The notes below the pieces were generated by a model. The model saw only the letters and a program-made list of their open reading frames with translations. It searched no databases and was not told the DNA's origin. DNA of 64,000 bases from assembly GCF_009914755.1 (NCBI RefSeq), contig NC_060928.1. One strand, given 5' to 3'. Origin of the DNA: the human T2T-CHM13v2.0 reference genome, Homo sapiens. The position numbers and the translations under genes are program-made. The first letter of the stretch is position 1. Every line of letters starts with the position of its first letter. This document shows positions 52,430 through 64,000 of the stretch, one piece after another.

Positions 52430-54618
52430 CTCAAAGATTTTCAACTGACTTCATCATATTAGTTAAAATTAAATGTTACCTGTGGATTTCATATTAGATC
52501 TATAAATTTGTTATAGCAAAAATAAGTTGCTTATTTAAAAAAGATAAATATTTTCAAGTAAAATGTATTTCTTTTAAGGTACCAGTTCTATATGACCATA
52601 TTAGAAATTCAGTTTGGGATTTTTTTTTTTTTCCTTTTTGGATGGTGTTCCAGCTTGCTATAGAATAAATGCCAAAATGTCTGTCTAGACACTAAGAATT
52701 TCAAATCAAATGTATTCTAATTTAAAAAAGTCTGTAGTCAAGATTAATTTTAGTACATTTCTCTTCATAAAGCATTTTTCCCTTATATCTACTTATTCAG
52801 TTGAATTCAGGGATGTATTTCTTTTTTAGAAGATAAATGAGAAAATGAGTATTTAATTATGTTCTCTAAAACTGAGCACAAGAAAGAACACCTAGAATTA
52901 TTTGGAAATAAAACCATTCTAAATCTCTTATATGTATTTGGGAATAATTTTGCTGCTGTGTACAAAGAAATAAAATATTTTTTAGATAAGAAACTAAGGA
53001 TCATGTATTTTGAAACATTACACACCTGTGGTCAGTGTTAAGGAAATTGCTCAGAAATAATGTTAACAGTTTATTTATAAAATTAATGTGATACTATAAG
53101 CAATATTTTTAAAAATGTAATATCAGAGCTCTAAAGGTATTTTTAATATAATTAAAGTATGCATAATTACTAGTACAAAAAAAGCCTATATCTTTTGATT
53201 TTTAACTTTTTGCTTCAAAATGCTGAATAGAAAAACTAGTGAGATTAGCCAACTCTGGGAGAAATATGATACTGCAATATGCTGTTCCTCTTATGAACTG
53301 CTGCTTCTACTTAAAATCTATTGATTATGCAGAAAGCATGAAAAATATAGAAAGATACTAAAATGAAAGTCGCTCATAATTTGCATTGCTCAGAAATAAT
53401 ATTAACAGTTTATTTCCCTCCAAGATTTTGATGTGCATGTATAATTTATTTTAAAATGGCCAGCATGTAGTTATGAGACATCAGGCTGTTTACTCATCTG
53501 TACAGTGGGGATAATAGCACCTTCCTCATGGTTTGATTAGGAGGATGAATTGAAAAAGTTCCATAAGGCTGCCACAGTGTGATGGTGATGGTGGTGATGA
53601 TGATGTTGTCATTATGATTATCGTAATATTTAGTATAGTATCTTTTTTAAAAAATTAATATGAGCAATATAAAAAGAATAATGTATTATCAGAGCTCTAA
53701 ATGCCCTATGAAATCATGATTTCAGGTGGTTGCATCATATTTTATCTTATTTACAATATAATTTAACCACCTCCTTTTTCATCTTCTTCACATTAAAGGA
53801 GGAAAAGAAATACCATGCTTCTTTCCATTTCCGAATGATCTCTTGTCTCCTCACTGACCTCTAGTTAATTTCTATAATAAGTGATTTCTATCATTCATTC
53901 TTAACTTTCTTTAAAACTTCTAAGAAATGTAATTTCTTAAGTGGTTTGCCCTAAGCTCTGAAATTTTTTATATTTGGGGTCAGGGAGAGTAATGACTTCA
54001 TATGCAGATTTTTAGCTTTTTCTTTAAGAGCAAGGATTACCCTTAATACCAGTTATAAGGATAATGTTTTGAGCTATAACACATATGTGGTTTGTGTTTT
54101 GACCTTCTTTGAACAAGCTTTCTAAAATGGTGTTTCATCAATATAATTAGCAAATTAATATATCTACTCCATAGGTATCTTTGAGTGTCTGTATCTTTCA
54201 TTAAAATCATTCTCATTCAAAAATTGTTGCTTCTTCAAATTCTTTTAATTCACTAGATGATAATTAAGTTTTTACATCTATTCTCCTACAATTCCACTCC
54301 CCCCACTGCAGTGTTTTTTAATTGTGAAAGAAGCATGAAAAAGCTATCTTCTAATTATGTCTTTTGATTTTTAAAATTATTAGGATTTTGAATGTAAAAT
54401 ACATATAAGTATTCTAAAAATGAAACTTTTCTTGACCAAGGAAGAAATACATTAAAAGTAGAGAAGTCTGATTAAGGTTCATTACAGCATTAATTTAGAA
54501 AGTATGGGAAAGACAGGGAAAAATGTCAGTTTTAAATAATTAAAACACTGAATTATTAGTACTGCTAGGTCTTTTGCAAGCACTTTATCATTAACATGTG
54601 ACTTATGTTTTATTCCAG

Positions 54619-54771
54619 TTTGTCTGCATAGCCCAGCAAGATTACTGCCGTATTCTCAATCAAGTAGAAAAGAACATGCAAAAAGTTGAAGAGGAAGGAG
54701 AGATTGTTATGGTGAAAGAACACCGAGAACTTGATCGAACTGGAACAAGAAAGGGACACATTGTCATCAAG
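54619..54771 (+). CDS. RAPGEF2: RAPGEF2 coding exon E (153 nt, phase 0-0): [10 protein letters not shown]...GHIVIK
   Basis: Acceptor ttattccag|TTT, donor AAG|gtagga. Confidence 0.96.
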
Positions 54772-55020
54772 GTAGGACACAGGACCACTCCTTCCCAAGG
54801 AAAGGAATTTTTTTTGGTAGTATTGGTTGTGGCAGTTTAGGATTTTTTTTCATTTTTAGGCCTATCTCTTAAAGGTTATCAGTTGTGAAAAATCTTTATG
54901 TATGATCTCCTAGTGAATAGCAGTTTCATTAATTGTTAACTGTGTTACTATCCAATTCATTTTATGTTGAATGTTTGAAATCCCAGTACCATATAAATGT
55001 CATATATGTGTGTGTGTATA

Positions 55021-55026
<6 letters not shown>

Positions 55027-55080
<54 letters not shown>
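55027..55080. repeat. (TG)27 microsatellite (imperfect extension from ~55001)
   Basis: Direct count. Confidence 0.97.
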
Positions 55081-55087
<7 letters not shown>

Positions 55088-55114
55088 AGTAATTAAACCT
55101 TTTCTTTGTTACAG

Positions 55115-55279
55115 GGTACCTCAGAAAGGTTAACAATGCATTTGGTGGAAGAGCATTCAGTAGTAGATCCAACATTCATAGAAGACTTTCTGTTGACCTA
55201 TAGGACTTTTCTTTCTAGCCCAATGGAAGTGGGCAAAAAGTTATTGGAGTGGTTTAATGACCCGAGCCTCAGGGATAAG
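55115..55279 (+). CDS. RAPGEF2: RAPGEF2 coding exon F (165 nt, phase 0-0): [10 protein letters not shown]...PSLRDK, REM domain
   Basis: Acceptor tttgttacag|GGT, donor AAG|gttgga; contains the REM-type motif [15 protein letters not shown]. Confidence 0.96.
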
Positions 55280-56211
55280 GTTGGAAATATATTCTATTTT
55301 GTCTCTTAAATATGAAATGTAAACCTAAAGATACTTTAATGTGTATATTTGTCACAGCAATTATGTCCAGATTAATGTAATGAAATAGGAGAATGTAATT
55401 CTGAAGCAAAAAAAAACAAAAAAACAAAAAAAAAGGTGATACAAAATATTAGTTCAGCCTTAGAAATATGAACAAAATATTAGTTCAGCCTTCTTTAAAC
55501 ACAAAGGCCAATAAATTGGCCACCAAATGTTTAAACATTTTTTTAAGTTCTGTTGGGAGTGTGTTAAAACATAAACATCTGGATTCCATAGGAATCTACA
55601 TTTTCTAGTTTGGTAGTAAGTGTACACCAGATAAAAGTTACAGTTTTTAAATTGGCACCAGAGCAGCATTTCATGACAGTCATCACTCTCTGTAGGCCCC
55701 AGGATTATAATTCTAAGGAGACCATCTAGAGCTCTTGAGAGCTCTAAGGCCAGATTGGATGACAAACTACATTGTCTTATCTCCTTCCTTTTATATTCTG
55801 CACCCTTACAGAGCTTTCTAGGCTTAATAGCATTGATTCTCTTTGTCCAGTCTGTTCTTCTACCTTGACTTTCTAGTTTCTGTCTTTTGTATTAGCTGAT
55901 TTTTGTTTTATTACACCTTTGCTTTTATTTTGATCTGTTTCAAATGCATTTTGAAAGTTAGACAAGTTTTAAGTTAAATACCTTCACAGACTCAGAACCT
56001 TTCCTGGCAAAGCAACATGAAGTCTATATTCAAAGTAAAAATACTCATTTTCAGAAGGTCATCCTCATTTAAGATTTTATTATTGTTAATTTATTTTCCT
56101 GTTTATTATTATTAGGTAAATTATTTGAAAGTTGGATATCTTTTCTGGAATGATTTTAATCACATTTTTGGCACTAAAAAGGAAACTTATTGAAAATAAT
56201 TGACTTTTCAG

Positions 56212-56319
56212 GTTACACGGGTAGTATTATTGTGGGTAAATAATCACTTCAATGACTTTGAAGGAGATCCTGCAATGACTCGATTTTTAGAAGAATTTGA
56301 AAACAATCTGGAAAGAGAG
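56212..56319 (+). CDS. RAPGEF2: RAPGEF2 coding exon G (108 nt, phase 0-0): [16 protein letters not shown]...NLERE, REM domain
   Basis: Acceptor acttttcag|GTT, donor GAG|gtaata. Confidence 0.96.
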
Positions 56320-56410
56320 GTAATATTTGTGGTTTTTTTTAAGATCAGCTTAAAGTTCATTTTATTCAGCCTGTTCTTGAGTTGACACTACTGTTTCTGA
56401 ACTCTTAAAG

Positions 56411-56614
56411 AAAATGGGTGGACACCTAAGGCTGTTGAATATCGCGTGTGCTGCTAAAGCAAAAAGAAGATTGATGACGTTAACAAAACCATCCCGAGAA
56501 GCTCCTTTGCCTTTTATCTTACTTGGAGGCTCTGAGAAGGGATTTGGAATCTTTGTTGACAGTGTAGATTCAGGTAGCAAAGCAACTGAAGCAGGCTTGA
56601 AACGGGGGGATCAG
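56411..56614 (+). CDS. RAPGEF2: RAPGEF2 coding exon H (204 nt, phase 0-0): KMGGHLRLL...GLKRGDQ, first part of PDZ domain
   Basis: Acceptor actcttaaag|AAA, donor CAG|gtatgc; PDZ hallmarks GFGIFV and AGLKRGD. Confidence 0.95.
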
Positions 56615-56706
56615 GTATGCCATTTCTAAACTCATTTAAGGGTGAATTTTGGTGTCTGGTTTTTTTTTTCAGTCAATTTTGATACATTTTATAATTTCAT
56701 TTTTAG

Positions 56707-56815
56707 ATATTAGAAGTAAATGGCCAAAACTTTGAAAACATTCAGCTGTCAAAAGCTATGGAAATTCTTAGAAATAACACACATTTATCTATCACTGTGA
56801 AAACCAATTTATTTG
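56707..56815 (+). CDS. RAPGEF2: RAPGEF2 coding exon I (109 nt, phase 0-1): ILEVNGQNF...VKTNLF, second part of PDZ domain (not in the ORF track)
   Basis: Acceptor catttttag|ATA, donor TTTG|gtaagt; completes the PDZ GDQILEVNG motif. Confidence 0.96.
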
Positions 56816-57231
56816 GTAAGTATTTTGCATACTTTTCATTTTTCTCCTTTTGGCCTTGTTTTTTAGTATTTCAAACATCATAAGAAAGCATATATGGTAA
56901 AAGCATAGATTAGATCTAAATAAAAACTACTGACTTGACCATAAAAAATATTTTTAATCTGTCTTTATTGATAACTGAAATCTTTTATTGATAAATACTA
57001 AAATAACCGTAAAGAGTATACTACTCTTTTTAAACTTATTTTGATAGAGCAACATACCAAGCAGATTTGGCGTGATTCGTTTACTGTGTGATACTGTTTT
57101 TCTGCAGGTTTGCAGTTTTGATAACTGAAGTCTGTACTTCTCATATATTTCCAAGTTCCACAATTGCCTTAGAATTGTTCAGATATCTTATAATTGCCAT
57201 TACGTGGTGTTTCTGTTTTCATTTATTTTAG

Positions 57232-57478
57232 TATTTAAAGAACTTCTAACAAGATTGTCAGAAGAGAAAAGAAATGGTGCCCCCCACCTTCCTAAAATTG
57301 GTGACATTAAAAAGGCCAGTCGCTACTCCATTCCAGATCTTGCTGTAGATGTAGAACAGGTGATAGGACTTGAAAAAGTGAACAAAAAAAGTAAAGCCAA
57401 CACTGTGGGAGGAAGGAACAAGCTGAAAAAGATACTCGACAAGACTCGGATCAGTATCTTGCCACAGAAACCATACAA
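57232..57478 (+). CDS. RAPGEF2: RAPGEF2 coding exon J (247 nt, phase 1-2): VFKELLTR...PQKPY(N)
   Basis: Acceptor ttattttag|TA, donor AA|gtaagc. Confidence 0.96.
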
Positions 57479-57736
57479 GTAAGCATCTGCATATGTCTTC
57501 TGTGCATTATTTTATTTTGTTAAAATGATATGCAAAGATAGTGATGTAATTAATGTTTGCATGAGTCTGAAAACTGTTCTAGGTTTTTATGACTGAGCTA
57601 TTTTGGAAGCAGTATTAAACAATCAAATTTGTTTTAATCTCGTTTTTGCCACTTATTTGGCTACTCCCAATCTTCTTTAAAGATAGTTTAGCATTTCCTC
57701 ATTTGAACTATTTTTTGGGGGTTTGGACTTTTTAGT

Positions 57737-58058
<322 letters not shown>

Positions 58059-59024
58059 GCAGGTTTGGACTTTTTAAAAGCGTGTGTTTGCCTCCTGTCT
58101 CCTCCATCATGATTTAGAGTTGCTTTTTCTACTGTATTTTGTTTCTGGGTATCTTCTTTACCAACAGCATGTGCTCTTTACCAGTCAAATCATTGCTTTA
58201 TCCAGTTGCCATTATTCATCCCTATCATTCTCTGTTTTCCCCTCTCTCTTCTATTTTCAGTTATTTAATTACTGTCAAGGCATCAACAGCCAAGCACAGA
58301 ACTCCTTTCATTTTTCCCAGTCAACTTAGTAGTCAGAATGTCAGGTGTATTCTTGAATTTCTTCTTGGTTATTTATTTATGCCAGGAGCTCAGCCAGGCT
58401 AGACAAAATTGCAGGTATTTCTGATGCTTTTTAAGCTTGCTTCTTTGCTTGCTTGCTTCTTCATTTTAGTTCCTTCTTGAGTCTAGGAATGTTTTATAAA
58501 ACTTGATTACTGTCAGCCATTTCTCACTGTGCCACATTTAGTTATATAGTCCCCAAACTACAATGTTAGATAATAACTTTAAAACATATAATTTCGTGCT
58601 TTGATAATTTAATGGGTCTAAAGACATGCAGTAGATATGCAGGACTATATCAAACACTTCTTTTTCTTTTTTAAAAAAATTCCGTTTCAGATCTTTTTTA
58701 AGAAAACTCCATTTCAGATAAAATTTTCATCCACAGATTAGAGAAATGTGATTTAAAATATACTATTGATTGGTTGAGTTGTCCCAATTAAACTATAGAG
58801 TAATGATTGGTGGTTTTGTATCAGCAGTCTTCTATAGCAGAGTCCTAAGGATAAGCAGTGAGTAGTATTTATAGGCTCAAGAGGATATATTGAGTAAGTT
58901 TCTAAGAGACAATGGATTAGGGCACCTGGCATTTACAGAAAATACGAATCAATTTTTAAAATAACCTTCGTTGATGAAAACCTTATTTTTAAATGGATGA
59001 AAAAATAAATTACCTAAATGCAGA

Positions 59025-59329
59025 TTTTTTAAATTAATTTATTTTTTTGAGACAGAGGCTCGCTCTGTCAGCCAGGCTGGAGTGCAATTGCTGTGATCTG
59101 CTCACTGCAACCTTCACCTCCTGAGCTCAAGCAATTCTCATTCCTTAGCCTCCTGAGTAGCTGGGATTACAGGTGTGCACCACCATGCTCGGCTAATTTT
59201 TTTTATTTTTAGTAGAGACAAGATTTTGCTGTTTGGCCAGGCTGGTCTCGATCTCCTGTCCTCAAATGATCCACCCACCTGGGCTTCTCAAAGTGCTGGG
59301 ATTACAGGCATGAGCCACCACACCCAGTC
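59025..59329 (-). mobile_element. Alu (S/J-type)
   Basis: TSD cctaaatgcaga (59013-59024 / 59329-59340). Confidence 0.93.
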
Positions 59330-60353
59330 CTAAATGCAGAATTATTAACAGCACAATAACAAAAAAAGATCTTAGAGTCATATTTGACCATGAGTTAAAT
59401 AAGAACCTTTAAAAAAAAGTTCATATGACCCTGGCAAGTATAAATAGAAATGTGACATGTAAGAACTGGGAGATAATCCATCAGCAATACTGGATGTTGG
59501 AAAGGAACACAATATGAGAATACCATGTCTAATTTTGTTCTATGTGTATTTAGAAATACTCAAAAGCTAGACAAGGGAAAAGAAAAAGAATGATTAGATG
59601 TGTTGATTTTAAAACACTGAGGAAACATCTTAAATAATTTGTATTTAGGAAAATATATGGCTCATTTAAAGATTTATCATGAAAATTATTTGAAATCATA
59701 TGTGTAATGCAATTGAAAAGAAAAAATAATTAAAGGAAGTTTCACAAAGCTGTAGGATCTATCATATTGGTAACAGACTTGATTTATACTATACTAGCTA
59801 TTAAATTTTTCTATAAATTATCATTTGTGTATGAAGATTTTTTTTTTGACAAAGCTACTAAACTAGCAATTAGAGAAGTCTAGATAGAGTATACTGTTGA
59901 GTTTTTTCCTCAAACTTTATCAGCCTTAGAGAAGCTAAGATGCTAGATAATGGTAAATTGGCAAGGTAGGCACAATCGGGTGATGTGCATAGAGAGGAAG
60001 GAGAAGATGGGGCATGAGCTCCCAGAATTCAGATTTGGTTGCCAAGTAAGTAGAAAAAGACTAATGAACCCAGAGACAAGAAGGAGTAAGTCAGCACACT
60101 ATAAAACCAGTGCAGATCGAAAGACAATTTCAGTAACAAGGAAAGTGTTGGAGAGGTAGAATCCTAAGAGGATGTGCCCAGAAAGGGACATTTCTGAATT
60201 AGGTCTTGGATATAAAATAGTTTCAATCCAAGAGTGGCCGCATGTCTGGATGACAGAGATGTAGGTGAGTAATGAGGAAACTGAGAGTAGAAAGGCAGTT
60301 CATCATGTAAGGTGTTAAAGTGTTGCGGAGAAACGGTTCTTAAAGGTTGAGTG

Positions 60354-60640
60354 CGCGGTGGCTCACGCTTGTAATCCCAGCACTTTGGGAGGCCGAGGCG
60401 GTCGGATCACGAGGTCAGGAGATCGAGACCACGGTGAAACCCCGTCTCTACTAAAAATACAAAACATTAGCCGGGCATGGTGGCGGACGTCTGTAGTCCC
60501 AGCTACTCGGAGAGGCTGAGGCAGGAGAATGGCGTGAACCCGGGAGGCGGAGCTTGCAGTGAGCCGAGATTGTGCCACTGCATTACAGCCTGGGTGACAG
60601 AGGGAGACTCCGTCTCAAAAAAAAAAAAAAAAAAAAAAAA
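60354..60640 (+). mobile_element. AluY-lineage element with 12-bp left-arm deletion (Yd3/Yc3-like), slightly 5'-truncated
   Basis: gatcgagacc^acggtgaaacccc deletion, cacgcTtgtaa, ctcggAgaggctg; pure A24 tail; TSD aaaggttgagtg. Confidence 0.9.
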
Positions 60641-60935
60641 GGTTGAGTGTGCCTGCAAGATGCTAATATTTGTAGCCTTTTGTGCCGGAGTGGCCAAGCC
60701 AGCTATGCTTTGTCCTGAGCCCATAGTAATGATCTCGTGTCATGTATTACATAGCAGGTTTTTGGCAGAGACTGCTTTATATGGTTGAAAAATAAAATTC
60801 CACTAACGTAAAAGTTTTCATCTTTTACAGAATATTAACACTTTTAGTCTTTATGCCGGTTATATGATTAAATAGAAATTTAATTTTGTCCCGGACTGAC
60901 CTATGAATTTGAAATAATTCACACTGAAATTGTCT

Positions 60936-61440
60936 TTATTTTTTTTTTTAATTTTTATTTCAGTAGCTTTTGGGGTACACGTGGTTTTTTGTTACATGGG
61001 TGAATTATATAGTGGTGGTGAATTCTGGGATTTTAGTGCACCCATCACCCAAGTAGTATACATTGTACCTAATGTGTAACTTTGTTTAATCCCTGGCCCT
61101 AACCTCACCCTTCCCCTTCTGAGTCTCCAAAGTCCATTGTATCACTCAGTATGCCTTTGCCTACTCATAGCTTAGCTCCCACTTATAAGTGAGAACATAG
61201 GGATTTTGGTTTTCCACCATTATATCACTTAGAATAATGACCAACAGCTCCATCCAAGTTGCTGCAAAAGACATTATTTTGTTCCTTTTTATGGCTGAGT
61301 AATATTCTGTGGTGTAGCTATAAACACATTTTCTTTATCCACTCATTAGTCGATGTGCACTTAGGTTGCTTCCATGTTTTTGCAGTTGTGAATTGTGCTG
61401 CTCTAAACAAAACGTGTGCAAGTGTCTTTTTCGTATAATG
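60936..61440 (-). mobile_element. Older L1 3' fragment (L1PB/L1MA-like) with TSD
   Basis: L1 3' UTR motifs; TSD tgaaattgtct at 60925-60935 and 61441-61451. Confidence 0.9.
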
Positions 61441-62387
61441 TGAAATTGTCTCTAGTTTTAATTTTTGTCTTTAAAAAATGTTTTTGCCCTTATTTACCTT
61501 TATAATTTCCATTTTCAAAAAAAAAAGTAAAGGGAAGAAATGTTGCTATTTTTTAGCATAGTCATTAAAAATAGTAGTTATTATGATCAAGCCCCAATGT
61601 GTGAAAAGACTAATAAATGCTAAATTTCTTCATTTTATTTATGACACCTTAGTTTATATTCCAACTTTAATATAATTTTCCTCTTATTTCAAGGTGTGTA
61701 TAGAAACTAGTCTGAGCTATAACCATTTTCTTGCGACCCCAGTTATTTCTGTGTGTGTTTGCTTATTGCTTTATTTGAGTTTTTGTTTTGGAAACAGTTG
61801 ACCCTTCAAATCTAGAAATAGTTTTTACATATTATTAAATCATGTTTCAAGAGTTCACAGTAACAGGCTTTTTATAAATGGAAATGAGTTTGTCACTGTC
61901 GATAATAACCAGTATTTCTCTGGATACTTAAATGTGTAGCTAGAAATTTTGATCAGAGAATTAAAAGTGAGTCATTGGATTTCTGTTGGCTTTTCTTTGA
62001 TGCTAGGAAATGTCACCATGCACCACTGTTTTTTTATGCTCTGTATAATCAAGAAATAATGTCTGTGTCAGTCTCCTTACATTTGACTCCATAGTGATCT
62101 CATTTTTTCTCTAAAACATCGAGAATAAAATTAGGACACTTTGGATTTTTTTCCTCCTGTTTTCATTTTACCCAATTTCTTCAACTATTGAAGGTCAGAT
62201 TATAAAATAATTTATCATTCTGATGCAGAACTATCAGTTGAGTGAGTTAAATGTATTCTTTTTAATGTGCTTTTTTTAAAATCCATTTCCATCAGAAACT
62301 AGAGCTTATTTTTTTTTAAATATATTTCTGTGCTGAGAAACTACTAATATTTTTTATGGCTTATCTACTTAGAAAAACCATAGGTTT

Positions 62388-62726
<339 letters not shown>

Positions 62727-62753
62727 CTATACACTTAAGAAACAGCAAAATGA

Positions 62754-62905
62754 GGCTGGGTGCTGTGACTCATGCCTGTAATCCTAGCACTTTGGGAGGC
62801 CACAGCAGGAGGATCACTTGAGGCCAAGAGTTTCAAGCCCAGCTTGAGCAACAAAGCAAGATGCTATATCTAAAAACAAACAAACAAAAACAAAAAACAA
62901 AAACA
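62754..62905 (+). mobile_element. Alu left monomer (FLAM/AluJ-like) with (CAAAA)n tail
   Basis: Single monomer; flanking aaatgag repeats. Confidence 0.85.
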
Positions 62906-63091
62906 GGAAAATGAGTTGGATACACTTAAGCAGTAGTTGCTTTTGCAGTTTTCAACCAAATTTATTAATGGTGTTTTTACATGAGCTGCAAAAAAAAAAT
63001 GGAATATGGTTTTTGGTCTGTGTTTATTATATAGTGATGATGTACAACTTTTTAACTTGTTGATAATTTTCTAATTTTCCTCTTTGTTCAG

Positions 63092-63249
63092 TGATATTGG
63101 GATTGGTCAGTCTCAAGATGACAGCATAGTAGGATTAAGGCAGACAAAGCACATCCCAACTGCATTGCCTGTCAGTGGAACCTTATCATCCAGTAATCCT
63201 GATTTATTGCAGTCACATCATCGCATTTTAGACTTCAGTGCTACTCCTG
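63092..63249 (+). CDS. RAPGEF2: RAPGEF2 coding exon K (158 nt, phase 2-1): (N)DIGIGQSQ...FSATP
   Basis: Acceptor ctttgttcag|T, donor CTG|gtgagt. Confidence 0.96.
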
Positions 63250-63894
63250 GTGAGTATCACCAACACTTCTTTTGTTTTCTTATAGTTATCTTTTTATTTC
63301 TAACATAATGGTCATATTATATGTATCTCTCTTCATTTGGCATGGATTATATCAGATGCTGAGTAAGGATGAAACTTAAACTTTAAGATTTTTGAAATCA
63401 GGTGTTGGAACCAGTTCTCTTTACATTCAGCAGAGTATTTTTATATGGCCATAGGCAAATTATCTGTCTGAACTTGTTTCTTCTTTCATAAAATGAAGAT
63501 AACACATCCCATGCCATGATTACTAAATCATATCAAATAGATAGAGTAAGAGGCATATTTTAGGTCTAATTAATGGACTTTTCAATACAGTAAAGATTAA
63601 CTCTGGATTTAAATTTTATTTCTTTGATGCCAGCATGACAGTCTTGAGTGCTACTGTTGTGTACTGATGTGCTTGCAGCTGTCTGTAGTTCAATCTGTTA
63701 TCTTTTAGGGAAAGGTATGTTCTTGCAGCAAAACAGCATGTAGATTGATTCTTTGAGGAAGACCTAGAGTAAGGGAGAGGTAAAAGTTCAGCATTGCTTT
63801 TTCTTAAGGAGCTTTTTTCTGATTACTTTGCTTAATTTCATTGCCATATATTAAAATTCTTTCTACTTATGTGTGTGATTTTTCTTTCCCCCAG

Positions 63895-64000
63895 ACTTGC
63901 CAGATCAAGTGCTAAGGGTTTTTAAGGCTGATCAGCAAAGCCGCTACATCATGATCAGTAAGGACACTACAGCAAAGGAAGTGGTCATTCAGGCTATCAG
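63895..64000 (+). CDS. RAPGEF2: RAPGEF2 coding exon L (runs off the window): (D)[34 protein letters not shown], Ras-association domain
   Basis: Acceptor ctttcccccag|AC; frame continuous with exon K; RA-like motif TTAKEVV. Confidence 0.95.

Noticed and set aside
56320-56385. Hydrophobic tail-anchor ([21 protein letters not shown]) on read-through of exon G
   Set aside because: Read-through of exons E and K gives similar hydrophobic tails, so this reflects T-rich intron composition; the transcript would also be an NMD target.
58745-59560. Possible L3/CR1 remnants (also ~37300-37400)
   Set aside because: The resemblance is too faint to set boundaries or family without an HMM search, so they are not listed as features.

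Overview
Primate (very likely human) genomic DNA lying entirely inside the RAPGEF2 (PDZ-GEF1/RA-GEF-1/CNrasGEF) gene on the + strand. I resolved 12 coding exons by GT-AG boundaries and phase continuity: 29104-29235, 39355-39532, 47109-47245, 48221-48379, 54619-54771, 55115-55279, 56212-56319, 56411-56614, 56707-56815, 57232-57478, 63092-63249 and 63895->64000. They splice into one continuous frame (LPADFTK...EVVIQAI) covering the acidic N-terminus, the cNMP-binding-like domain, REM, PDZ and the start of the RA domain. The rest is AT-rich intron with about 19 Alus, several L1 fragments, an LTR13 solo LTR nested in an L1, THE1A, MER1B, old L2/MIR fragments and microsatellites. The main observations to follow up are: a candidate alternative first exon at ~7240-7424 whose last three bases are an in-frame ATG; a complex templated-insertion scar at ~24.7-25.0 kb plus other local copy events; a (TG)27 tract against an exon with a weak donor; an Alu-flanked 474-nt three-exon block that would circularise into a stop-free ORF; and a (GT)n(CG)11 Z-DNA tract near a TEAD/AP-1/ARE motif cluster. 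I found no evidence for a wholly new biological system; the hypotheses below are testable inferences. Most ORFs in the supplied track are repeat-derived noise.
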